DNA of 64,000 nucleotides, from assembly GCA_002104945.1 (NCBI GenBank), contig MCFH01000039.1, positions 1-64,000 of the forward strand, written 5' to 3'. The position numbers were made by a program, and so were the translations under genes. The notes under the pieces are model-generated. The model was not told the DNA's origin. It was given only the letters and a program-made list of their open reading frames with translations, and searched no databases. Positions 47,454 through 59,402 of the stretch are shown piece after piece. The stretch comes from Piromyces finnis finn (Eukaryota > Fungi > Neocallimastigomycota). Position 1 is the stretch's first letter, and each line of letters starts with the position of its first letter.

Positions 47454-48945
47454 TTAATCCTGAGGTAGAAATTGTAAGGATGATTGTTGTACGCCTAGTA
47501 CCAAGCGTTTATATGAATCGGCATATTTATTTATAAATTCATCGTCAAAAAATTTAAGTTCATAAAATTGTGACAATATTGCATCAAATATTATATTTAT
47601 ATCTTCTTTCTTATATCCGACGCTAATACAAGGTTCTGTTATTTTATCCATAATTTGAATGAAAATATTCCGATTTTCTTTTGAATTACATAAGGTAGAA
47701 CCAACCGTTAATATATTTCGGAGTAGTAATTTAAATATTTGAGAACCTTTACTTATCGTTGAATCATGCCCATATTTTTGTAATTCAAATATTATTTTTG
47801 ATTTATATTCTTCCCATATATCTTTTATACAAAAAAAGTTTGTTTTTATCTCTTTGAAATCTTGACATAAATCTTCATCAAAATCATATATATTGGATGG
47901 ATCTCTCCAATAATTATACAGTACTGCTGCTGCGCGTTCAAAATTTGTATATGAAACAGATGCCATTTTTTTTTTGGAAGTATCTAATCGAAGAAGGTTA
48001 GTAAATATTATATGAGCATATTGACTATATATAATATAAATATATATATATATTTAACATACATATAGAATTGTATGAAGTGAAAAAAAAAAAAAGGATT
48101 AGTAGAAATTCATTATTATTATCATTATTATATATTTAAATTTTTATTTTTTTTTTTCTTCTATTATATTTAAGAATAACTATTTTTATTGAAAATACCT
48201 TGCTAAAGAAGTTGGTAAATGATATTCTTTTTTTATTTCCTCAATGAAATCCTTATTTTCCAAATCTTCAATTTTTTTTTGTATTCGTTTTAAATTATCA
48301 AATATTCTTCTACACCCAATTAATGGTACTTGCGTTTTTTCACTTATACTGTCCAATTCTTTTTTAGTTCGTGAATTTATTTTTTTTCCTATTAAATTTC
48401 TCATAACATTTTTGTCAAATGAATAATATCTTTTTGTAGAATATGAATATTATTTTATCATTTTATATTATATAATGTTATTTAACGTTAATGTTGCATT
48501 TTATTAAAATATATTTAATATATCAAATATATATCTTATTTTTACTTTTTTACTAAAAGTGTTTTATATGACTGAGAAATAGGAAATGTAATTTGTCCTG
48601 AAAAACATTTTGGATGTTTTAAATATGTCTCAAGTAGTTCGCATGTACGATACCCATCAATAACATAATTTTTAAGAATTTGATATGAAATTTTATCTTG
48701 CTTTTTCTGAAATTGTTTTATGGCATAATCAACTGTAAAGAAAAATGTTCATTAATAATTAATTAAAAACGTATGGATTGATTAGAAAATATTCATTTTT
48801 TTTTTTTTTTTATGATTCTAAAAAAAATAGAATCGATATGCATAAAAAAAAAAAGACATTAATAAATACTTGAATAACCATAAAGCCAATAATTAAAGAT
48901 ATCTTGGTCAAGAACAAAAGAATTTGTTACAAAAACAGTATACAT
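47454..48945 (-). CDS. FIBP: FIBP (acidic FGF intracellular binding protein) homolog, multi-exon
   Basis: MYTVFVTNSFVLDQDIFNYWLYGYS resembles the animal N-terminus as I recall it ([23 protein letters not shown]). TKKELDSISEKTQVPLIGCRRIFDNLKRI resembles [43 protein letters not shown] and IMDKITEPC match the C-terminal half. Confidence 0.82.
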
Positions 48946-49503
48946 TATTTTTAAATTTATTTAAATTATTTTTTTTCTCATTTATACTATTGAGATTTTA
49001 ATATTTTTTTTTATATTATTGTTTGTTTAAAATTGATAATAATCATAAAATATAAATTATCCACTATTTAGGTAATATAAAAATTTAAATTTTAGTTTAT
49101 TATTTAATGTCAATTCTACATAAACATTATATATGTTATTGTTATAACAATCATGAATTTCTCATATGATACCAATCATATCCTGAAATATCACATGATA
49201 TTTCAATCAAATAAGTAGATTTTTTTTACAAAAATTTAATTTTTTCCCTCTCTTACAAATCAGTTAGTGGAAAAAGATGTATGTATTATTATGAATTTAA
49301 ATGATGTTTTTTTTTTCTATTTGAATATAATAAATGTTTAAGTTTTTTGTTATGGTATAATGAATGAGGTAGTTCATCCATTATAAATTATCAGTTTGTT
49401 AATGAAGTGATATATGGTGTGTTTGATAGTAAAATGTATAATTATATAAAGAATGAGTTACTGATGTTATATATTTTTTAAATTTAAATATTAAGTCGAC
49501 AAC
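48946..49503. promoter_or_regulatory. Divergent promoter between FIBP and RPS0 with a 20-bp near-perfect palindrome
   Basis: Head-to-head start codons. GAAATATCA-CA-TGATATTTC at 49185-49204. Confidence 0.5.
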
Positions 49504-50457
49504 ATGTCTAAACTCCCAGCTATTCTTAACCCAACCGAAAAGGATATCCATGTAAATATTTATATATGTAATTTATATAGTAGAAAAAAATTTATTGTAT
49601 TAATAAAATTATTAATAATATTATAGGATCTCCTTGCTTCTCAAGCTCACATTGGTTCTAAGAACTGCAACTTCCAAATGAAGCCATACATCTGGAAGCG
49701 CAGAAACGATGGTAAATTTTAAGAATATACAAATGATGTTTTTGAAATAATGTTCAAGTATTAATCAATAAAAATGATATGATAAATAGGTGTCCACATC
49801 ATCAACATTCAAAAGACCTACGAAAAGATGGTTTTAGCTGCCCGTATCATTGCTACTATTGAAAACCCATCTGATGTTGTCATCATTTCAGCTCGTTCCT
49901 ACGGTCAACGTGCCGCCTTAAAGTTCGCCAAGTACACCGGTGCCCAAGCTATTGCTGGTCGTTTCACTCCAGGTACCTTTACTAACTACATCACCCGTTC
50001 TTTCAAGGAACCACGTCTTGTTATTGTTACTGACCCAAGAACTGATCACCAAGCTATCATTGAAGCTTCTTACGTTAACATTCCAGTTATCGCTCTCTGT
50101 GATGCTGACTCTCCACTCAGATACGTTGACTGTGCCATCCCAACCAACAACAAGAGTAAGCACTCCATTGGTTACCTTGTCTGGCTCTTAGCTAGAGAAG
50201 TCCTCAGACTCAGAGGTGAAATCAGCCGTGACATGGAATGGGATGTCATGCCAGATATGTTCTTCTACCGTGATCCAGAAGAAGCTGAAAAGGAAGCTCA
50301 AGCTGAAAAGGAAACTCCAGCTGAAGAAGAAGGTGAAGAAGAAGAAGAAGAAGGTTTCTTCGAAGGTCAATCTACCAACCCAGCTGAAGCTGCTTACAAG
50401 CAAAGTGAAAGCAGTTGGAACAGTGAAAAGCCAACTTGGGGTGATGATGCTGAATAA
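49504..50457 (+). CDS. RPS0: 40S ribosomal protein uS2 (Rps0/RPSA)
   Basis: Exons 49504-49551, 49627-49711 and 49790-50457. [48 protein letters not shown] and [15 protein letters not shown]. Confidence 0.97.
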
Positions 50458-50909
50458 ATTAATTAAGCTACTGAATAAATTTTATTTAATAGAATTATAA
50501 ATAAATTGAATAATAATTCGAAAAATAAATCGCACATATTTTTGTAAATAATTTTTGTTTGAAAGGTGTATAATAATAATAATAGTAAATAATTAAAGGG
50601 TGATTTTTATTTAGAATGGATTTATGAGGAAAGATGATATTTTATTGTTTTAGAAATTGTAGAAAATGTAATGAAAATTTTAAAGAAAGGATCAGGGATG
50701 TGTTTTTAATAAATGTTTGTGTAAGTAATAATGAAAAATATGTTGTGGTTTTGAGTAAAGAATCAATAAATGAATAAGTTTAATTTTCAATATTTATGGG
50801 TATAAAGTTTTTACAGAAATAAAATTCAAGTGAATGAATGGAAGTATATAACAATATTCAAAAGGTTTAAAAACAATATCCATGAAAAAGTAAGTAACCT
50901 ATGATTTAA

Positions 50910-52360
50910 GGGAAGAAGTTTTAACAGTATCAATTACAATTCAAGGGAATGGAAAGAACTTTGTAAGCGTCAGATTCAATCTGGTACTAATGAAGGATCA
51001 CCATTCTTGACGGTAACCGCGGAACTTCTAACCAAAATCATGCCTTTTGCTATTGGCCAGCAATGGTCAATGTTCAAAAGGTTTGAAGCAACATCCAAGA
51101 GCGTCAATGCTGAAGAAACAGTAAGACAGGCCAGGAGGGCCAGCGCAACCAATGGAGATCATAATTTTGTTCCATGACAAAATTTTGATCTTTGGCTCGG
51201 TGTCCCATTGGAAGTCAAATACAATTATTATACTTTAGTATGATAGTGGCTTTCTTACTTTAATTAAAATGACTTGAATACATTATACCCAATTTTTATT
51301 CATTTGTGTTTATTTAAACATATTTTTTTTATTTTTATTTTTATTTTTAATTTTTTTATTACATGTATTATAATTTTAATTAAATTAATAATAAAGTTTA
51401 AAATATTTGATGCCGTTAAAAAAAAAAAAAAAAAAAAAAAAAATCAATCTGGCACTAACGAAGGAACACCATTCTTGACGGTAACCGCGGAATTTCTAAC
51501 CAAAATCATGCCTTTTGCTATTGGCCAGCAATGGTCAATGTTCAAAAGGTTTGAAGCAACATCCAAGAGCGTCAATGCTGAAGAAACAGTAAGACAGGCC
51601 AGGAGGGCCAGCGCAACCAATGGAGATCATAATTTTGTTCCATGACAAAATTTTGATCTTTGGCTCGGTGTCCCATTGGAAGTCAAATACAATTATTATA
51701 CTTTAGTATGATAGTGGCTTTCTTACTTTAATTAAAATGACTTGAATACATTATACCCAATTTTTATTCATTTGTGTTTATTTAAACATATTTTTTTTAT
51801 TTTTATTTTTATTTTTAATTTTTTTATTACATGTATTATAATTTTAATTAAATTAATAATAAAGTTTAAAATATTTGATGCCGTTAAAAAAAAAAAAAAA
51901 AAAAAAAAAAATCAATCTGGCACTAACGAAGGAACACCATTCTTGACGGTAACCGCGGAATTTCTAACCAAAATCATGCCTTTTGCTATTGGCCAGCAAT
52001 GGTCAATGTTCAAAAGGTTTGAAGCAACATCCAAGAGCGTCAATGCTGAAGAAACAGTAAGACAGGCCAGGAGGGCCAGCGCAACCAATGGAGATCATAA
52101 TTTTGTTCTATGACAAAATTTTGATCTTTGGCTCGGTGTCCCATTGGAAGTCAAATACAATTATTATACTTTAGTATAATAGTGGCTTTCTTACTTTAAT
52201 TAAAATTACTAGAATACATTATACCCAATTTTTATTCATTTGTATTTATTTAAACATATTTTTTTTATTTTTATTTATTTTTAATTTTTAATATTATATG
52301 TATTATAACTTTAATTAATTTAATAATAAAGTTTAAAATATTTGATGCCTTTAAAAAAAA
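50910..52360 (+). mobile_element. Three head-to-tail 3'-end fragments of the same LINE family
   Basis: Copies at 50910-51443 (A26), 51444-51911 (A26) and 51912-52360 (A8), each nearly identical to the 3' end of the 2922-4706 element (ORF2 tail, 3' UTR, poly(A)). Confidence 0.95.
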
Positions 52361-52901
52361 GTAATCGTATCCTATTCTCCTTTTTTAATCAACAATTAAT
52401 TTTAACTTTAAGATATTATATAGTTTATAATATTATTATTACTTACCATATTAATTAGTTATTAATTAATGATTGAAATAAGTTATCTAATTAATAAAAA
52501 TATATGATTTATTTTTGTTTTTAAGAAGTAGTGAATTAAAAGACTCATCTCATTATTATCGTTTTTTATTATAATATTTTTATTTTTATATTTCTGATAT
52601 AAATTTAATACATTAATAATACAACTACGTACATTATCATTAATAAATTGTTTCAATAATAAATGAATTAGGTTACAAAAAGTAATAATAGAAATATATT
52701 AAAAGAAGATTCTTGGAAGATTCTGAATCTTGTATTTTTTTTTTAAATAACGAATTAGATTTTATTATAATAAATTAATTATTGATTAGAAAGTTTGAAG
52801 GAATATAAATAAACAAGAAACTGTTCACCAAATTAAAACTTTAAAAAAAAATAAAAAAAGCAAAACAAAACAAAAAAACAAATAATATAAAATATTATAA
52901 A

Positions 52902-53738
52902 ATGAAATTCTTAACTACCACTTTATTAACTTTATTAAGCATTAGTTCTTCTTTTGGAAGATATACCAATCCAGAAGTTAACTCAAGTTTAACTGGAGGA
53001 AAAAATATAGTTGATCTTGAAATGCAATGCAAAAGTAATATTAGAACTTATACGGATGTTTGTTCTCTTGGTGAATTGAGTAATGAGTACCTCGATGGTT
53101 CATGTAATATATTAAATAATGCAAAGTGTAAGGAATTTTTTGACACCCCTGCCAGTGCCATTGAAGGTTGTAATCAATTACCAAAGAACATGATTGAAAG
53201 TTATGATTTTGAAAGAGATACTTTAAAAATAGCTTTAAATTTGATGTGTCAAAAGAAAGATGATGGAAAGAATTGTCCATTCGCCGTTTTCTTTGCTAAT
53301 ATTTTTGAATTCAATGAAATAGAAGCTGCAGAAGTTTTAAGAATAGAAAAAAACAAGATGTTAGAAGAAACCTGTGTATCTAAAATGTGTGTTGATAATA
53401 CAGTCGCTCTCATTGATGTTTATGCTAAAGGAGTTCGAATTGAATTAAAGAATAAAAATGGAGAAGGTTACAAAGAAATGATGGATTTAATAGAAGAAAT
53501 GGAATCATTTTCTGACGAATTAAAAAATAAATGTGTTACAGTTAATGGTCAACCTGGAAATGGTCAATCTAATAATAGTCAAGCTGGTAATGGTCAATCT
53601 AATAATGGTCAATCTAATAATAATAAAGCTGGTAATGGTCAATCTAGTGATGTTAAATCCAGTGATGCTAAATCAACTACTGTAAGACTAGGTGCTATTA
53701 TTATGGGTATTACTTTTGGTTTATTATATTACCTTTAA
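52902..53738 (+). CDS. Secreted 10-Cys protein with predicted GPI-anchor tail (paralog A), function unknown
   Basis: Intronless, 278 aa. Signal peptide, 10 Cys, GQSNN-repeat linker, then small residues and a hydrophobic end (SSDAKSTTVRLGAIIMGITFGLLYYL). Confidence 0.85.
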   Translation: MKFLTTTLLTLLSISSSFGRYTNPEVNSSLTGGKNIVDLEMQCKSNIRTYTDVCSLGELSNEYLDGSCNILNNAKCKEFFDTPASAIEGCNQLPKNMIESYDFERDTLKIALNLMCQKKDDGKNCPFAVFFANIFEFNEIEAAEVLRIEKNKMLEETCVSKMCVDNTVALIDVYAKGVRIELKNKNGEGYKEMMDLIEEMESFSDELKNKCVTVNGQPGNGQSNNSQAGNGQSNNGQSNNNKAGNGQSSDVKSSDAKSTTVRLGAIIMGITFGLLYYL

Positions 53739-55617
53739 ACTAATATATGAGTTAATGGTATAGTAATAATTACTAAATGAAAAAATGCCTACCTAATATA
53801 TAAGGTTAAAAGGATAAAATTATAAAAATTATAAAAATAAATAAAATAAATAAAAGCAATAAGAAATTAAAAATCTATAAACGTAGATATATATATATAT
53901 AAATTTAAATATCTATCTATCTCTCTATATATAAATAAATAATTAAATATTATTACATATTAGATTTACTTGAGAAAAATAAATAATAAATAAAAATGTT
54001 TTATAAAAAGTAAAAACAAATTTTCTTTTTTTTTTTTTTTTCGTTTAATAAATAAGGTGTTTTTTTTTTTTATTACCTTTATTGAAAATCTACAATTACT
54101 ATTAATTTTTTTTTTCCTTTCTGATATGGTTATATGGTTATAATATTATAATTTATTATTATGTATTATTCCATTCTATTCTTTGCTTTTGTATTTAATA
54201 TATGTAATTGCATACAATATACAATATTTAATTTTTTGTTTACTTTAAAAATTTGTTCATATTTATTTTTCAATTTTTCGACCAATATTAAAGAGTACAT
54301 CATTCTTTCTTTATATATGAAATATTATAGTATACCTATGTAGATTTGAATGAAAAATTTTATTAAGATATCTTATAATGATTCTTATTATAGCTATTAA
54401 AAATCTCTAAAAATAATCATTCATTATTATTTTTTATTATTTCTAGTAACAATTGCTGAAAAAAAAAATACTAGATCTATTAAAAATTATACAATATATA
54501 TGGTGATACATTTTATGTACAATTTCAGTATATAGAATATGTGAAAGAATGTATGCATTACTTTAAATTTTGATAAGGATTATAAATAGATATTACAAAT
54601 AACAGCAAATACCAGAATATTGAATAATAAATATAATATTTAAATTTATATTTTATAATTATAGTTGTCACCTTTATTAATATTTCTTTTATTATTAAAC
54701 TTTTAATAAATGAAAAAAAAGAAACTTTTATAACAAGTTTTTATCATAAAAATAGTTAAATTTTTATCAAACATATGAACTATAAAGTTTAATCAATCCT
54801 ATATGATTTATTTAATTAATCTATTATCTATATTATCTATATTATTTTATAGTTTTAGATGAATAATAATATCTTTTTATTTTTCTTTTATAAATATAAC
54901 ACTTTAAAACCTTGTTCAATAGCTTGTTCAAATATTTAATACTTATTTAAGGTTCAAGTATAGCTTTGTTCAATACCTTATAATAACCTTGTATAGTGGT
55001 GCCTTTATTGTTCAATAACTTGTTCCATATTAAATTTAAATTAAAAACCAACCCAAATAAATTAAAGAACTTTTTTATTAAATTCTGTTCCAATGGATTG
55101 GTTTTCAAAAAAATTAAAAAGATTGGAAAAAATTAAAATTTAATTTAATTTTGTAAAAAAAAAATTTTTTTTCTTCTTTTTTTTTTATTTATTTATTAAT
55201 AAAAGTAAATAAATAAATAAATATAAGTTTAAATAAATACAAATTTAAATAAATAAATAAATAAATAAATATAAATTTAAATAAATAAATAACAAGATAT
55301 AAAAAACAACGACATTCTGAAAAGAATATAAACATTTTAAATCTTCAATTCATAAAATATAAGCAGTAAATCTTTACCGCTAAATCAAGAATAAATAAAA
55401 AAGAAATAAAAAAATAATTGATTAATAAATTTAAAATATTTCTATAAATATTTTTTTTTTATAAAATATATCAACTTTAATCGATAAATTTTAAATATTT
55501 AATAATCTAAAAATATTTCTATTAATATTTAATGGAATAAATATTATTATATTAATTAAAAATAAAAGATAAATAATAACTAGTATAAATATATATATTT
55601 TTTAATAAGCAATAAAA

Positions 55618-56454
55618 ATGAAATTGTCATTATCCCTGTTTACTTTATTATCTATTTATTCTACTTTTGCTTATAGTATAGAAAGTCCTTCTATATCAAA
55701 GAATGAGGTGAATTTTGATACTACCATTTCTTGTGATAATGAAAATTGTATTGATGATGATATGTATATTGATTATGATGAAGCAAAAGCTTGTAATAAA
55801 AGTTTTGAATTGCATTATAAAAACTGTAGATTTACAGAAAATGATATAAATAGTAACATTGATGATTTGTGTAAGATATATGAATCCGAAAAATGTAATG
55901 ATTTCTTTAAGAATCCGGTAAATAGTCTTTCAGAATGTAAGAATATATCGTCTCAATATCTAAAAAAGTATGAAAAATTAAAAAATGATACATATATCGC
56001 CTTTTTATTAAAATGTACAAAAAATGAAAATAACGAATATTGTCCTCTATCCAACTTTACATTTTTTGAAAATAAGCCAAAACAAGGGTTTAAATTAGTC
56101 AGTATTGATGTAGAGGATAATGCTTTTATAAGTGCTATTCAAACCTCTTGTGAATCAAAAAAGTGCCATAATACAGCACTTCAAATCTTTTCTTTGTATA
56201 AAAATAGTGCTGAATTAATGGGTAAAGGGACACTACCAACTGAAGGAGAAAGCAAAGATAATTCGATTGAAGTTATCAATTCAAATTATTGCCTAAATAA
56301 ATTTGAAAACATTTCGGGTGGAAGTGTTGAAATTGATGATAATCAACAAAATATTAAAAGTAGTAGTTCAGTGAAAAGATTTATAATGAATAGCAATACT
56401 TTTTTATTATTCAATAGTTTTATATCCATTTTTATTATATATATATATTTATAA
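55618..56454 (+). CDS. Secreted 10-Cys protein with predicted GPI-anchor tail (paralog B), function unknown
   Basis: Intronless, 278 aa. Signal peptide, same Cys spacing as paralog A, KSSSS then a hydrophobic end FLLFNSFISIFIIYIYL. Confidence 0.85.
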   Translation: MKLSLSLFTLLSIYSTFAYSIESPSISKNEVNFDTTISCDNENCIDDDMYIDYDEAKACNKSFELHYKNCRFTENDINSNIDDLCKIYESEKCNDFFKNPVNSLSECKNISSQYLKKYEKLKNDTYIAFLLKCTKNENNEYCPLSNFTFFENKPKQGFKLVSIDVEDNAFISAIQTSCESKKCHNTALQIFSLYKNSAELMGKGTLPTEGESKDNSIEVINSNYCLNKFENISGGSVEIDDNQQNIKSSSSVKRFIMNSNTFLLFNSFISIFIIYIYL

Positions 56455-56628
56455 GCACCTTTTTTTTTTTTTTACTATTCAATAATTTTATATCCATTTT
56501 TATTTTATAAGCATCTATTTTATTATTCAATAATTTTATATCCATTTTTATTTTATAAGCATCTATTTTATTATTCAATAATTTTATATCCATTTTTATT
56601 TTATATATATATATATATTTATAAGCAC
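56400..56628 (+). repeat. Four tandem copies of the paralog-B C-terminal tail and stop codon
   Basis: The ttcaata anchor recurs at 56410, 56478, 56526 and 56574 (periods 68, 48, 48). Confidence 0.9.
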
Positions 56629-57041
56629 TTATTATACTATATTTACAAAAGGATAATATTAAAATTAAAAAAAAATAAGCAGTTACTATATATAATGATT
56701 ATATAATTTGAATCTATAGAAAATACTCTGGATGCTATTTTTTATATGTATAAATGAACTATTAATTATAGATAAAAACAAATTTAAAACAATACCAAAG
56801 TTATATATATATTATAATTATATATATAATGAATAATACCAATTATATAAGCAAAAATTAATTTTTTTTATAGAAAATGAAAAAAAAAAAAGTATTTTTT
56901 ATTCATACTTTTTTTTTTTTTTATATTTAGAAATAGATAAAGTTTATAAAGTTTATAATTTTATAATAAAGAATCATTTAATAAAAATATTATTTAATAC
57001 CAATTTTAATTATAAATATAGGTAAGCAATATATCTTGTCT

Positions 57042-57072
<31 letters not shown>

Positions 57073-59402
57073 TATATATCAAAATATATATAAATATATA
57101 TTTATATTTTTGATTCTTTATTTCGATATTTGCTTCACCATTTTGAATGTTGTAGAGTTTATAGCATTAATTATTTTTAAATTGTTTTGGAAAAAAAAAA
57201 AAAAGAAAAAAATTCTTATGTAGCGATATAATATTTTATTATTTTAAAAGACCAATACAAATGTGGAAATGAAAAAGTTTAAATAACATTAAACTTTTTT
57301 TTTTTTTTTTTTAATTAAACTCTATACAACTTGCCGATTTAATTTGAGAAAATTGCATATAATTTTTTTTTTTTTACATAATGTATTACTATTATAGTTA
57401 GAGTATGCATACAGTAAAGATAGCAATCTCTATATGTACATTTTCATTTTAAAGCATTAATAATCATAGAGTATTGCTATTAAAAAAGTTAGGGTTACAC
57501 CTTTTGATGATGAATAAATAGAGTTTATTGGTTTGAAAGGACAGACCTTTTTTTATTTTTTAAAAATTAAATTTTCACAAAACATACTAGAATGACTATT
57601 AAAATTAAAACTTTTATTCATTATTTTTAATATTAAATTGTTTTTTTTTTTTTTATTTTATTTTAATATTAATAGTATTACTATTGCTTTTATATAATAC
57701 ATTTTTATTTTTATTAAAAGTGAACTTTTTTTTTTTTTTCATTGAACTTTCAATTTTAATTAGCCACTTTTCTAGCCATTCATTTAAGAATAATCTATAA
57801 TATATTGAATGCATATATTATTTCAATAAATGGCCATAAACAAAGTTTCTTTTTTTAATTATAATTAAATATACAAAAATGTAAAAATTAATATAAATAA
57901 AAAAAAAAAAAAAAAGGAAAGATTAAGGAATAGGAAAAGAGCATTTCAAGAAAAAAGCTTATTACTAATAAAGTTAAATAAAAAAGAATGTTTTAATGAC
58001 ATTACTATTGAATGATTACAAATCTACCTTTATTTTCATATATATTTTAAATATTTTAAATATTTTAAATATTATTATTAATAATAATAACCTTTTTTCT
58101 TTCATCATAAAAAATAAAAAAAAGCTGATTCTTGTCAATTTGAATAAAAGGAAAATTGTCATACCATTTTTTTTTTAAAAAAAAAAAAAGGTTTCAAATG
58201 AATGTTTTTTTTTTTTAAAAAACTTAATAAAGTTTTATTACAATCTTTTGTTTGTATCAAATGTACAAAGTGTATACAAAGTGTTATGCAACATTGTCTT
58301 TATCAAATTTGAAGTAACAAAAACTAAATAAAATAATTTTTTACCATTTAAATGATGTTGAAATATCAAGAATAATACTTAATAATTCTTTCTTTATTTA
58401 ATCGTTTTTTTTTATAGAGTGTAGGTGGTGGTAGTTAAATATAGTTAAATTAATAAAAAAAATACTTTGATTATTATTATATAAATAAAGATTATCTATC
58501 TATTTCCTTGATGAAAAGTATACACACACAATAAACATATAATTAATATACATAATCTTTTTATTTTATATTATGTCATTCAATAAAAGAGATAACTTTT
58601 TTTTTTTTTAAAAAATTCAATTCAAAATTGGTTTTAGTTTAAAATATTATTAATTAAACTTTGTATTATTTTAAATATAAAAAAAGTAAAAAAAAAAAAA
58701 TATTATTATTTATGAAAATTTTTTCTTTTTTACTTTTTTATAAATAATTAAAAAGTTTCTTTTTTTTTTTTTTTAAAAAAAAAGAGAGAGAAAAGACTTC
58801 TTTACCTTTTTTTTTTCTTATTATTATTAAAAGAAAAAGAGAGGGAATTAAAAGAAAAATAAAAAAAAGAAATGTTTATTACTGAAAAAAAAATACAATT
58901 TATTATTTAAAATTTAAACCAAATTAAATACAATATAATTATCTACCTAAAACATTTTTAAACAAATTAAATAATAAGAATATTGTTTGATATAAAATTT
59001 AATCGATAGACAATAAACCTCAATAAATAAAAACAACTTTTTTTTTCTTTTTTAAACTCTTTATTTTGATAAAAAAAAAAAAAAAAAAAATTCAAAAAAT
59101 TTCTTAAAACGTGAGATATTATATATTATATGTATTATTTAAATATATTGACTAAACTATAGCAAAGTATTTGTATATGAATATTGGTGAAGAAGAAGAA
59201 AGACCTTGTTTTTTATATATATATATAAAATAATATAAAATAATATAAAAAATGGTAATTTATATTTATGAAATCCATTAATTTATATATATTTTTTAAA
59301 TGATTATTTATAAATTTATGCAAAAAAACAAAAAAAACAAAAAACAAAAAACAAATAAAAAAGGTCATTATAATTTATTAATATATTTAATTTATTTTCC
59401 AG

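Noticed and set aside
51274-52113. Two near-identical 123-aa ORFs
   Set aside because: Artefacts reading through the LINE 3' UTR and poly(A) into the next unit
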